Part shown: positions 24,221-33,076 of the stretch, piece by piece
Position numbering within the stretch: position 1 is the first letter of the stretch
Layout: every line of letters begins with the position of its first letter
DNA from: a virus
IMG/VR virus record: IMGVR_UViG_3300048088_000336
Location: 1 to 64,000 of that record
Length of the DNA: 64,000 nt
Strand: one strand, 5' to 3'
Made by a program: the position numbers and the translations under genes
The notes under the pieces: generated by a model
Seen by the model: only the letters and a program-made list of their open reading frames with translations
The model's database searches: none
What the model was told of the DNA's origin: nothing

Positions 24221-24946
24221 ATGTACCGCAAGTCTCTGGCTGTAGCCGCCGCCGTCGGCGCGCTGGCCCTCCCGCTGGCCCTGGCCATTCCGGCCGCCGC
24301 CGACCCCACCACATGCGCCAACGCCGTCAACGGCACCAAGTCGTGCGACTACGACGGGCTGCGCGTCAACGTCCACGTCGGCAACCTGGGTACCGTCGGG
24401 GCCCGACTGGGCAACGGTGGCACCTGCGATTCGGACACGCTGTTGCTCGTGCAGGTCCGCGCTGATCAGCACGGTTCCCACCAGCGGGTGATCCGGGCGG
24501 AGTCCGCCTACGGCACCGCGCAGGCAGACCTCAAGGCCAAGCAGGACGCCTATAACGCTGCCGTGGCCGGACACAACGCGAACCCGCCCACCGCCACCCA
24601 GGCTGACGTTGACCGGGCGAAGAATGCGCGCGACGTTGCGCAGACCAACGCCGACGCCGCCCGTCGGGAGTTGCAGGAGGCGCGCGACGCCGACAGTGTC
24701 CTGCTCGCCCGGATCTCCCTGCTGGGTAGCCGGATCCACGGCACCGAGTGCACCACCCCCACACCGGTGCCACCCACCACGGACGTCCCCGTGCCCACAG
24801 ACACCCCGGCACCCCCGGTGATCGTGGGTGGGCCGACCATCGTCAACAACCCCCCGGCCGAGCAGTCCCAGGTGGGTCAAGCCCCGCAGGGGTTCGTTAG
24901 TGCTGGTGGTGGCGCTGACGCGGCAGCGGTCGAGTCTTTCAGTTGA
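24221..24946 (+). CDS. Secreted protein, putative class F sortase substrate
   Basis: Signal peptide ending IPAAA-D, coiled coil, Pro/Thr linker, C-terminal APQGFVSAGGG; overlaps the sortase start. Confidence 0.7.
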   Translation: MYRKSLAVAAAVGALALPLALAIPAAADPTTCANAVNGTKSCDYDGLRVNVHVGNLGTVGARLGNGGTCDSDTLLLVQVRADQHGSHQRVIRAESAYGTAQADLKAKQDAYNAAVAGHNANPPTATQADVDRAKNARDVAQTNADAARRELQEARDADSVLLARISLLGSRIHGTECTTPTPVPPTTDVPVPTDTPAPPVIVGGPTIVNNPPAEQSQVGQAPQGFVSAGGGADAAAVESFS

Positions 24947-25641
24947 GTCGTCTCGCGGCCGTCATGGTCGCGTTGTGTGCGCTGGTCGCCCTCGTCGCCG
25001 GTTGTAGCCCCGGTGGCGGGGGCGTTCCCGCGCATGGTCCGATCGTGGTGCGCAACCAGGCACCACCACCACCGATCCAACCGGCGAGCCTCGACATTCC
25101 GCAGATCAGTGTGCACTCCACTCTGATTCCGTTGGGTGTTGTCGCGGATGGCCCCGATAAGGGCGCGGTGGCGGAACCGGATGTCAACCATCCACAGCAG
25201 GCGGGCTACTACTGTGTGACCCCGCAACCCGCACCGGTGCCGCCTGTGTGCACGTGGGGTGTCGTCCCGGGCGCGCTGGGTCCGGCTGTGATCATCGGGC
25301 ATGTGGATGGGTCGATCCGCAACGGGGCGCATCAACAGGGTGTGTTCTTTCGCCTCCACGAGCTGCGCCCCGGTGACCAAGTCGACGTCACCCGATTGGA
25401 TGGCAGTGTCGTAGCGTTCGAGGTGTACCGCAGTGTGCAGGTGGATAAGCGCACCGGGTTCCCCACTCAGGACGTCTACGGCAACACCACCGCCCCAGAG
25501 TTGCGTTTGATCACGTGCACGGGGAAGTTTGTGGGCGGTCCGTTGGGATATAAGGACAACCTGATCGTTTTCGCCCGGCTGGCGGGGGTCACTGCGGCAC
25601 CGGTGGCCGCTCCGAACTCAGTACCGGTTCCCCGGGGTTGA
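24943..25641 (+). CDS. Class F sortase (predicted lipoprotein)
   Basis: Lipobox LVAGC; PGALGPAVIIGHVDG, FFRLHELRPGDQV, ELRLITCTG, YKDNLIVFA. Confidence 0.9.
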   Translation: MSRLAAVMVALCALVALVAGCSPGGGGVPAHGPIVVRNQAPPPPIQPASLDIPQISVHSTLIPLGVVADGPDKGAVAEPDVNHPQQAGYYCVTPQPAPVPPVCTWGVVPGALGPAVIIGHVDGSIRNGAHQQGVFFRLHELRPGDQVDVTRLDGSVVAFEVYRSVQVDKRTGFPTQDVYGNTTAPELRLITCTGKFVGGPLGYKDNLIVFARLAGVTAAPVAAPNSVPVPRG

Positions 25642-25790
25642 GTCCGTAGTCGCAGCGCAGCACGGCGAGTAGCTGCTCTGGGGTGAGTTCGACGCGGACT
25701 CGTCGCGGGGGCAGTGCGGCCATGGTGTGCCAGGCGTAGCTGTAGTCGTCCATGCGTACGCAGGGTAAGCCCCTCACGGCGACAGCGCAC

Positions 25791-25814
25791 TGTGGTATGG
25801 TTGGTGGCGTTCCG
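25791..25814 (+). promoter_or_regulatory. Extended -10 promoter TGTGG-TATGGT-N7-GTTCCG
   Basis: Recurrent motif upstream of the 25837 ORF, which has SD GAGGAGG. Confidence 0.6.
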
Positions 25815-25836
25815 GTCCCCTTGAGGAGGCGCCCCC

Positions 25837-26145
25837 ATGGACTACGTCAAAACCATGTTCGGTCAGAACGCCCAGCACGTTCCCGCCTGGCTCTACATCC
25901 AAGACGCGGGCCACGGCGTGGTGACCTTCGCCGGATCATCCATGTCATCACCGGCCGACCACCCGCTGCGCTACGCATCCCCGCGCACCCACCAGTTCAT
26001 CGTCGGCGAGATCATCGTCCGGCCACACCTCATCGTCGCCACCGACGCACTCCGAGGTAAAGGACTAGCCAATCTGATCACCATCGAACACGACATTGAC
26101 CGCATGCTCACCGACGGGGAGATCCTGCTCGGCCGCCGCCCATGA
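25837..26145 (+). CDS. Hypothetical protein
   Basis: Strong SD; ATGA overlap with the next gene. Confidence 0.7.
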   Translation: MDYVKTMFGQNAQHVPAWLYIQDAGHGVVTFAGSSMSSPADHPLRYASPRTHQFIVGEIIVRPHLIVATDALRGKGLANLITIEHDIDRMLTDGEILLGRRP

Positions 26146-27152
26146 TGTCGCCAGGCCACAGCCTGTCCGGCCCACCCGTGGCCTACTCCCTGTGCCTTCT
26201 CTACGAACTGTCCACAGGTGTGGAGCTGGCCTGGGGAATCCCGCACATCGCCGCGATCATCGTCGCCGGATGGTGCAACTGGCCCGACTGCGACACCCTG
26301 AAGTCCACCGTCTCCACCTCCCTGGGGATCATCACCCGCAGCCTGCACGAACTCGTCGTCATGCTCTGCGCCGTCATCTACTACGCCACCCGCTCCGAAA
26401 AAGACGACCCCAAAAAGCCCGTCATTCACCGGGGCGCCACCCACACGTGGCCCGGCGCTGTCTTCATGGGCCTGCTGGTCGCCGTGATCTGCCTCGCCTG
26501 GCCGATGTGGGGAACCATCGGTGTTCTCGGAATCTCCCTGCACTGGGCGATGCGCGGCCTCTACATCCCCAACTCCCCCGACAAGCCACTCGGTAAGACC
26601 GCCCTGGACGGGCACAGGCTGTTCGCCCGAATCGGCATCGTGGTCTACCACCGCATGGGTGTGGCCCTGAAACGCAATGCCGTGGAGATCCTGCGCATGC
26701 TGCCCATGCCCGGCAAGTACCTGCGGGCGTTCGGGCGCACCGGCACTTTCGCGATCTGCCTCGGTGTCGCGTTCATTCTGGTCCGGGCGACCCCCGCGCT
26801 GGACACCCCGTGGGCGGGCCTGCTCGGTGCCGCCGCCGCCGTCGGTGTCCTCACGCACATGGTCGGCGACAGCGTGACGGAGTGCGGCATCTGTTGGTTC
26901 TTCCCCTTCAGGCACCCCCGCACCGGGAAACGGTGGGAGTTCGTGCACCTGCCGAAGTGGTTGGCTTTCAAAACCGGCCGGGCGTTCGAGTACGGCATCG
27001 TCTACCCCCTGCTGATGCTCGCCGCGATGGTCGCCATGCCCGGTGGTTTCGCCCTGGTCTTGGAGGTTTACGCCGCGTGGCGCACCAACCATGTGCAGGC
27101 GACGGCGCTACGGTTCGCGCCATGGCTAACGGAACCTCAACTGACTCTCTAG
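26142..27152 (+). CDS. Membrane-bound metal-dependent hydrolase (YdjM/DUF457-like)
   Basis: GHSLSG, PDCD, HRGATHT, HMVGDSVT..G..FFP motifs with TM helices. Confidence 0.8.
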   Translation: MMSPGHSLSGPPVAYSLCLLYELSTGVELAWGIPHIAAIIVAGWCNWPDCDTLKSTVSTSLGIITRSLHELVVMLCAVIYYATRSEKDDPKKPVIHRGATHTWPGAVFMGLLVAVICLAWPMWGTIGVLGISLHWAMRGLYIPNSPDKPLGKTALDGHRLFARIGIVVYHRMGVALKRNAVEILRMLPMPGKYLRAFGRTGTFAICLGVAFILVRATPALDTPWAGLLGAAAAVGVLTHMVGDSVTECGICWFFPFRHPRTGKRWEFVHLPKWLAFKTGRAFEYGIVYPLLMLAAMVAMPGGFALVLEVYAAWRTNHVQATALRFAPWLTEPQLTL

Positions 27153-27601
27153 ACACCCCGGCTGAGGACACCCCGGCCGACAAGGACGCCGCCGCGTCGG
27201 TGAAGTCCCGCCGAGCGGGCAAGCGCCCGCAGGCAACCCTCGACAACGGTATCGACGACGAACCGGAAGCCGAGATCCGCTCCCATCCCCTGGAACTGGC
27301 CGCGCACCGGCCGTCCCCCGCGCACACCCTGACCGGGTCATGGATCGCCGGGCACATCACGTCCACCGACTACACGGTCGCGCGGGACCACGCCTACCTC
27401 ACCTGGTACCCGGAGGGCTGCCAGCAGACGTCGACGCGTCTGCTGTGGACGCGGGGGCAGCACGTGCTCCGGGAGTACTACGACCGCTTCGGCGGGGACA
27501 ACGCCCCCTCCGAGCCGCACCTCGCGGAAGCGGTCAACGAACCGGGCGGGGGACTGTTCGCGGAAGGCCGGGGCATGGCATCGGTGGGCATCGAAAGCTG
27601 A
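27122..27601 (+). CDS. Hypothetical virion-associated protein
   Basis: In-frame ATG 27122; TGATG coupling with the next gene; YLTWYPEGC..RLLWTRGQHV. Confidence 0.65.
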   Translation: MANGTSTDSLDTPAEDTPADKDAAASVKSRRAGKRPQATLDNGIDDEPEAEIRSHPLELAAHRPSPAHTLTGSWIAGHITSTDYTVARDHAYLTWYPEGCQQTSTRLLWTRGQHVLREYYDRFGGDNAPSEPHLAEAVNEPGGGLFAEGRGMASVGIES

Positions 27602-28218
27602 TGGCCCCGGTTGTCATCGTCGAGGAGGTTCGCCACTACCTGTCGAGCCCCCCGTGGAGCGGGTACCAGGAGGCGTCCTGTGCTCTGCTGATCGACCAGC
27701 GGCAGCGGGAGCTTCAGAACTACCTGTCGTGCCCGATCGACCCGATCGACTTCACTGAGAACGTCGAGGTCCTGGCGTCGGGTCTACTGGCCACGACCTA
27801 CCCGGTGTTCGCTGTGCTCGGCATCGACTCGGTGGTGGTGTCCCCGCAGGCTGTGTTCGGTGAGGCTCTCCCGGCCCCGTACACGTGGCGGGGGGAAGGG
27901 TGGGTGACCGCGCCGACCCCGACACCGGGCGGCCCGGCGAACACCAGCCGCCCCTACACGATCACCTCGGGGGACTGTTACGCGCTGCGGGTGCCGTTTC
28001 ATTACCTGGCCGGGTGGGGACCGCAACCCGACATCACTGGGGCGATCATCCAGAAGGTGGCGGCCGTGATGCTCAACCGCCACGATGACACGGTCACCGC
28101 GCGGGCCCTGGACGCGAAGCCGCCGCCACCGTTGAAGGAAACGTGGCTACCGGAGGAACTCAAAGCCCTGTCCTACCGTCGGATCCGGCGCGGTGGCACA
28201 GCCCGGAGCACGTGGTGA
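27601..28218 (+). CDS. Head-tail connector/adaptor protein
   Basis: Position; EEVRHYL..LQNYL..YLAGW..EELKAL pattern. Confidence 0.65.
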   Translation: MAPVVIVEEVRHYLSSPPWSGYQEASCALLIDQRQRELQNYLSCPIDPIDFTENVEVLASGLLATTYPVFAVLGIDSVVVSPQAVFGEALPAPYTWRGEGWVTAPTPTPGGPANTSRPYTITSGDCYALRVPFHYLAGWGPQPDITGAIIQKVAAVMLNRHDDTVTARALDAKPPPPLKETWLPEELKALSYRRIRRGGTARSTW

Positions 28219-28700
28219 TCCGCATCAGTGTCGAGGGTTTGACGGCGGTGAAGGACCACCTGGAGGACATGCGCCGCCGCGCCGAGGATGTGTCCCCGGC
28301 GTGGGAGGAGTTCCTGGAGTGGTGGGTGACGACCAACGTGGAGCAGTTCAGTTCACGCGGCGCCCGCTGGCGGACCCCGTGGAAGCCGCTGGCGCCGCGC
28401 ACGGTCGCAGAGAAGCGCCGCCAGGGGTACCTGTCGGAACCGTTGGTGCGCACCACCCGGTTGCGTAACGCGATGACCCGGCGCCCCCTGGAGGTGGAGC
28501 GGGTCACCGCCACTGATGTTGAGGCCGGGACGGACCTGTATTACGCGAAGTACCACCAGTCGGGCACGAGGTACATGCCCGCCAGGAAACTGATCAACGC
28601 TGATGCGGTGGCCCGGGAGGGTGCGGCCGGTGCGGCCGTACTGTCGTGGATAGTGGAGGGCGTCCCGAACACGGGTGGCGTGCGACGGTTGGAGCGCTGA
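28215..28700 (+). CDS. Virion morphogenesis/neck protein (Mu gpG-like)
   Basis: PWKPLAP.T..K..PLVRT.RL...GTDLYYAKYHQSGTRYMPARK. Confidence 0.8.
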   Translation: MIRISVEGLTAVKDHLEDMRRRAEDVSPAWEEFLEWWVTTNVEQFSSRGARWRTPWKPLAPRTVAEKRRQGYLSEPLVRTTRLRNAMTRRPLEVERVTATDVEAGTDLYYAKYHQSGTRYMPARKLINADAVAREGAAGAAVLSWIVEGVPNTGGVRRLER

Positions 28701-29026
28701 TGGACTGCCCATTTTGTGACCGGATCGCCAACCATGACGTTGACCCGTACTACTCCGATGACCGGGCGGTGACGTTCGCTCCCCTGGATCCGGTCACCAA
28801 AGGGCATCTTCTGGTGGTGTCCCGCACCCATATTCACAACGTGGGTGAGGATCCGATGACAGCGGGGCGGGTCATGGAGATGGCCGCCCGGATTGCCCGC
28901 ACCGTCGGCGACGCCAACATCATCACCTCGATCGGTCCGGCCGCCACCCAAACCGTGCGGCACCTGCACCTTCATGTGGTGCCCCGCCGCGCCGGTGACG
29001 GCCTGAAGCTGCCGTGGGCGCCGTGA
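28700..29026 (+). CDS. HIT (histidine triad) family hydrolase
   Basis: MDCPFCDRI, PVTKGHLLVV, QTVRHLHLHVVPR. Confidence 0.92.
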   Translation: MDCPFCDRIANHDVDPYYSDDRAVTFAPLDPVTKGHLLVVSRTHIHNVGEDPMTAGRVMEMAARIARTVGDANIITSIGPAATQTVRHLHLHVVPRRAGDGLKLPWAP

Positions 29027-29340
29027 TGTTGGATTCGATGCACCGCGCCCGCACGGGACGCCACCTCGGGCTGACCCTCTACGCGCAGCTCGGCACCTGT
29101 CCGGACGACTCCGATGTGTTCCTGGCCCTGTTCAACACTCGCGAACTGGCCCGCACCGCTGAGAACGCACTGAATGGATTGACCGTGGTCTCCCCACCCT
29201 GGTTGGCGATCGGCCGCCTGATCTACCCGGTGACCAACCCGGTGCTCGCCGGGGAGTTCATCGGGGTCGCGACCAGTGATGAGGTCGCCGAGCGGATCAC
29301 TGAGGCGGTCAGTCGCGGCTGGACGGTGGGTCATGGCTGA
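29026..29340 (+). CDS. Hypothetical protein with internal duplication
   Basis: GLTLYAQ..FLALFNTRELA and GRLIYP..FIGVATSDEVA halves. Confidence 0.65.
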   Translation: MLDSMHRARTGRHLGLTLYAQLGTCPDDSDVFLALFNTRELARTAENALNGLTVVSPPWLAIGRLIYPVTNPVLAGEFIGVATSDEVAERITEAVSRGWTVGHG

Positions 29341-29971
29341 GCACGGGGCGAAACCGGTCCGGGACAAGGTCACGGCCTTGCTGGCCGCTGACCTGCCGAA
29401 CCGGATCCCGATGGCCTGCAACTTGTGGGCCCTGGATAAGGCGGAGCTGCCCACCCCCGACATGATCCATTCGGGGGATGTGGCTGACGGGGTGTTGGAT
29501 CATCGGGGCGAGACGTGGATCGAGGTCATCACCCCGCGCCTGCTGCCCCGCACCCGCACCATGGGATTGAACCCCAACGGGTACATGACCCACCGGTACC
29601 GGTATTCGGCCCGCATCTACGTGTGGGTGATCTCCCCAGTGTGGGATGACGCCGTCGACATCTGCAACCGCACCGCCACCGTCACCCGCGACTCCCTGAT
29701 GGCCTACCCGACCCTGGCCCCACCCCCCGCCGTGGGCGACACCGGGTTCCTGGTCCGTTACGACACGATCGCCGAGGATTTCGGGGAACCGTTCCGTATC
29801 GGTGGCCGCAACGGTGGCTCCCCCCGGGTTCGGATGGGTGCCCTGCTCAATTACGAGATCGAACACGAGTACGCGGCCGGTGACCCGGACACCACCGCCG
29901 CGTGGGGCACATTCGACACTTACGACCTGCGGGTGACGCTGGTACCCGTGCTGACTCGCATCGGAGGATGA
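29333..29971 (+). CDS. Tail terminator/completion protein (putative)
   Basis: Position just before the sheath; about 212 aa. Confidence 0.55.
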   Translation: MAEHGAKPVRDKVTALLAADLPNRIPMACNLWALDKAELPTPDMIHSGDVADGVLDHRGETWIEVITPRLLPRTRTMGLNPNGYMTHRYRYSARIYVWVISPVWDDAVDICNRTATVTRDSLMAYPTLAPPPAVGDTGFLVRYDTIAEDFGEPFRIGGRNGGSPRVRMGALLNYEIEHEYAAGDPDTTAAWGTFDTYDLRVTLVPVLTRIGG

Positions 29972-29973
29972 CC

Positions 29974-30183
29974 ATGCCTGTTTTGATCAACACGGGTCGC
30001 GCGGGAGTCACCTATGACGACGCCGGGCACTCACTCGGCGGGGGTGAACGCATTCCCGTCACCGAGGTCGACTACACCGGGCAGGACGCCATCGACCGGG
30101 GAATCCTGCGGGTGGAAGACGACCCGCCCCCCGCTACGCCACGGGACCGCGACACCGAACCCGGCGCGTCGCAAGCGGAGTAA
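29974..30183 (+). CDS. Small hypothetical structural protein
   Basis: GGAGG 29963-67 then ATG 29974. Confidence 0.65.
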   Translation: MPVLINTGRAGVTYDDAGHSLGGGERIPVTEVDYTGQDAIDRGILRVEDDPPPATPRDRDTEPGASQAE

Positions 30184-30232
30184 CCCCGCGATCCTGCGAT
30201 GATCCGCCCGTGCCGATCCACGGGAGGGCCGC

Positions 30233-31696
30233 ATGGCTGTAGGTGTCACCGTTGCCCGCACCGCTGCGGCCGGATCGCTGTACCCCATTCCCGTTCCGAG
30301 CGCCTCCTATTTCGTGGTGGGCCTGGCCAACCGTGGCCCGTCGGTCGACGTCGTGCGCGTGACGTCGATGGCGCAGTTCGAGGCCGCGTTCGGTACCCGC
30401 CCCAGCTTCGGCAACCTCTACGACGACGTCTCCACGTTCTTCTCCGAAGGCGGCGGTGAGGCTTACGTCGCCCGCGTCGTCGGACCGGCCGCCACCCAAG
30501 GGTCCCTGGCGACCCCACTGGCGGACCGCGCCGGTACCCCGGTGAGCACCATGCAGGTCACCGCCAAAGGGCCGGGCGCGTGGTCCTCGGATGTCACTGT
30601 CTCGGTCATCGCCGGGACGGTCCCCAACACGTTCACCCTCTCGATCTCCTACCTGGGTGTCGAGGTGGAACGGTTCGCAAACCTGACCTCCCCGCAGGAC
30701 GCGGTCACCAAGACGGCCGGATCCGCGTGGGTGACTTTGACGGATCTCGCGTCGGTGACGACCGCGCCGAACAACAATCCCGCCGTGGTGGGCCCGGTGG
30801 CCCTGTCGGCCGGTGCCGATGACCGGGGGTCGGTGGACGCCGCCGCCATGGTCACCGCCTTGAACCGGTTCGGTGGCCAGTTCGGTGACGGGTGCGTCGC
30901 CATCCCCGGTGGGGGGGACGCCACGCACGCGGGACTGCTGACGCACGCCACCGCGAACAACCGGCTGGCGATCTGTGTGTCCGCGCGGGGCGCGTCAGCG
31001 ACCCAGTTGGCGACGTTGGCGGCCGGATACAACTCCGAGTACGGGGGGCTGTTCGGTCCATGGGTGCAAACCCGGGACGCGTTCGGTGGGACCCTGGTGA
31101 TCCCACCGGACGGTTACATCGCCGCCGTGCGGGCTCGCGCGCACCGCGATGTGGGCCCATGGCAGGCCCCAGCGGGGGAACGCGCCCGATCCTCAGTTGT
31201 CGTGGGTGTGGATCAGATTTTCGATTCCGCCACCGCCAACGCCCTGGAGGACGCGAAAGTCTCCCCGATCCTGCCCACCACGGGTGGGGTTCGGCTCTAC
31301 GGGTGGCGGTCCCTGTCGGCGGACACCGCGAACTGGCGGCTGCTCACCGGTGTGGACACGATCAACCGGATCGTGATCGCCGCCAGTCAGCAGCTTCAGC
31401 TCCTCCTGTTCGAGACGATCGACTCCAAGGGGCACCTGCTGTCCCGCGTGGAGGGCGCCCTGATCGGCATTGTGCAACCCATGGCCGACGCAGGCGGGCT
31501 GTACGCGTGGGTGGACGCGGACCCCAACGGGGGCAATCCCGTGCAGCAGGACCCCGGTTACGCGGTCACCACGGACCCGTCCCGGGAGGTGGCGTCAGCC
31601 AACATGGTTGTCGCCAACGTCGCGGTGCGCGTGTCCCCGACCGGTGCGCTGATCGCATTGACCGTGACCAAGGTCGGCGTCACCCGGCGATTCTGA
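30233..31696 (+). CDS. Contractile tail sheath protein
   Basis: YFVVGLANRGP..VTSMAQFEAAFG, FFSEGGGEAYVARV, PWQAPAG, VRLYGWRSL. Confidence 0.92.
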   Translation: MAVGVTVARTAAAGSLYPIPVPSASYFVVGLANRGPSVDVVRVTSMAQFEAAFGTRPSFGNLYDDVSTFFSEGGGEAYVARVVGPAATQGSLATPLADRAGTPVSTMQVTAKGPGAWSSDVTVSVIAGTVPNTFTLSISYLGVEVERFANLTSPQDAVTKTAGSAWVTLTDLASVTTAPNNNPAVVGPVALSAGADDRGSVDAAAMVTALNRFGGQFGDGCVAIPGGGDATHAGLLTHATANNRLAICVSARGASATQLATLAAGYNSEYGGLFGPWVQTRDAFGGTLVIPPDGYIAAVRARAHRDVGPWQAPAGERARSSVVVGVDQIFDSATANALEDAKVSPILPTTGGVRLYGWRSLSADTANWRLLTGVDTINRIVIAASQQLQLLLFETIDSKGHLLSRVEGALIGIVQPMADAGGLYAWVDADPNGGNPVQQDPGYAVTTDPSREVASANMVVANVAVRVSPTGALIALTVTKVGVTRRF

Positions 31697-31706
31697 GGAG
31701 TAGAGC

Positions 31707-32120
31707 ATGAAAGCTGCGGCACGCCAGTGGCTCGTCACGGTGGCCGCCCTGGGCAATCGGACGTTCGCCGAGAAGTCCGGTGGGGAGAAGAAGTCTGAGA
31801 CCACGAAGTGGCGTGATGGTGGCGCAGTGTTCTCCGATGTGATCACCGCGCCCCCGGAGATCTCCGATGTGGTGCTCACCAACGCTTATGACCCGGATGT
31901 CGACGCGGCCATGATCTCCACGCTGCTCACTCAGGTCGGGGTGCTCACCACCACGATTACTCAGGTTCCGCTTTACGGTGACATGACCCGCGTGCCTGGG
32001 GTGAAACCACTGGTGTACACGGGGGCAGTGCTCACGGCGGTGACGCCCCCGGACCCGAACTCGAACTCCGGTGACCCCGGCACCTACAAGCTGACGTTCT
32101 CCGTCAACGCGCTGACCTGA
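31707..32120 (+). CDS. Tail tube protein
   Basis: Follows the sheath; FAEKSGG..DVVLT..YD..LTFSV. Confidence 0.8.
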   Translation: MKAAARQWLVTVAALGNRTFAEKSGGEKKSETTKWRDGGAVFSDVITAPPEISDVVLTNAYDPDVDAAMISTLLTQVGVLTTTITQVPLYGDMTRVPGVKPLVYTGAVLTAVTPPDPNSNSGDPGTYKLTFSVNALT

Positions 32121-32205
32121 TCGTTTACGGGTGGTGCGGGCTGACCTCGATACTCACAGGGGTCGAGGTCGGCCCGGACTGCCCGTAACCCTGTGAGGAG
32201 TACCC

Positions 32206-32778
32206 GTGTCTGATCGCGTTCTCGACCCCGGTTTCGCCTACCACGACCGCACCCAGGACCCCGCGTCACCGCCCATAGTCGACACAGTCGACACCAACGG
32301 GCACGCCCCCCTGTCGAGCCTGGACGACCTGCGGTTGGCGCTGGAGCAGTCCGATGCGGTCGCCCAGCAGGAGTTCGAGGACTACATCCTGTTCGGGCCG
32401 GGCAAAGTGATCCGCTTAACGTGCTCCACGGACCTGGCCCAACACGACCTGAAGTCCGACCAGTTGGCCGCGATCCCCCGCGCCTACCGGCGCAAACGCA
32501 TGCCCGATGCCACGAAAATGAATGAGGCCGAGGCCCTGGGTCGGGTCATCGGGCGGCAAACTCTCGAGATCGCGCTGCGCCAAGCCGACGGCAGTTACCG
32601 GGCCATGCCGGGCACGTTCGCCGACGCCAACATTCTGACCGCGTTCGGTGCCGCTGAGGTTCATGTCGCGGTCGGTCGGGTGTTCGCCAACGACGCCTAC
32701 CTGATTCGTGCGGGTGAGGAACTGCTCGAAGCGTGCGGCTACGGGGAGACCAGGCCGGGTGACGGGGGCCCTACGTAA
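32206..32778 (+). CDS. Tail assembly chaperone
   Basis: Between tube and tape measure; SD GAGGAG; ends GAC GGG GGC CCT ACG TAA. Confidence 0.75.
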   Translation: MSDRVLDPGFAYHDRTQDPASPPIVDTVDTNGHAPLSSLDDLRLALEQSDAVAQQEFEDYILFGPGKVIRLTCSTDLAQHDLKSDQLAAIPRAYRRKRMPDATKMNEAEALGRVIGRQTLEIALRQADGSYRAMPGTFADANILTAFGAAEVHVAVGRVFANDAYLIRAGEELLEACGYGETRPGDGGPT

Positions 32779-33011
32779 CGCCGGGCCCGCGCGAGCTGCT
32801 GCGGGAGGCGACGATCGAGTGGCTGGCCGGTTTGGGTCCGGTGCAGGAGGCCGCGATGGTGGCCCGGTTGTTTCGGCAGGATCCGGCCGCGCTGCTCGAC
32901 GACGCCGGGGATGAGTGGCCGATGCTGGTGCGGGTCGCCGCTGCCCGCTATGTGGTGCGCTGCGAGGAGGCCGCCGCGAAACGGGAGCGGGAGTCAGCGA
33001 AGGGCCCCTAG
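32763..33011 (+). CDS. -1 frameshift extension of the tail assembly chaperone (gpGT-like)
   Basis: -1 frame opens after TGA 32760-62; G GGC CCT heptamer at 32766-72; reads ...RELLREATIEWLAGLGPVQEAAMVARLFRQDPAALL...KGP; absent from the ORF track. Confidence 0.7.
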   Translation, partial: RGPYVTPGPRELLREATIEWLAGLGPVQEAAMVARLFRQDPAALLDDAGDEWPMLVRVAAARYVVRCEEAAAKRERESAKGP

Positions 33012-33076
33012 CCGCGTGTCGTGCCCGCTGGGGGCCTCGGGCGCTGCCACGATCACCGGGACTCGGGAGGTGATCG

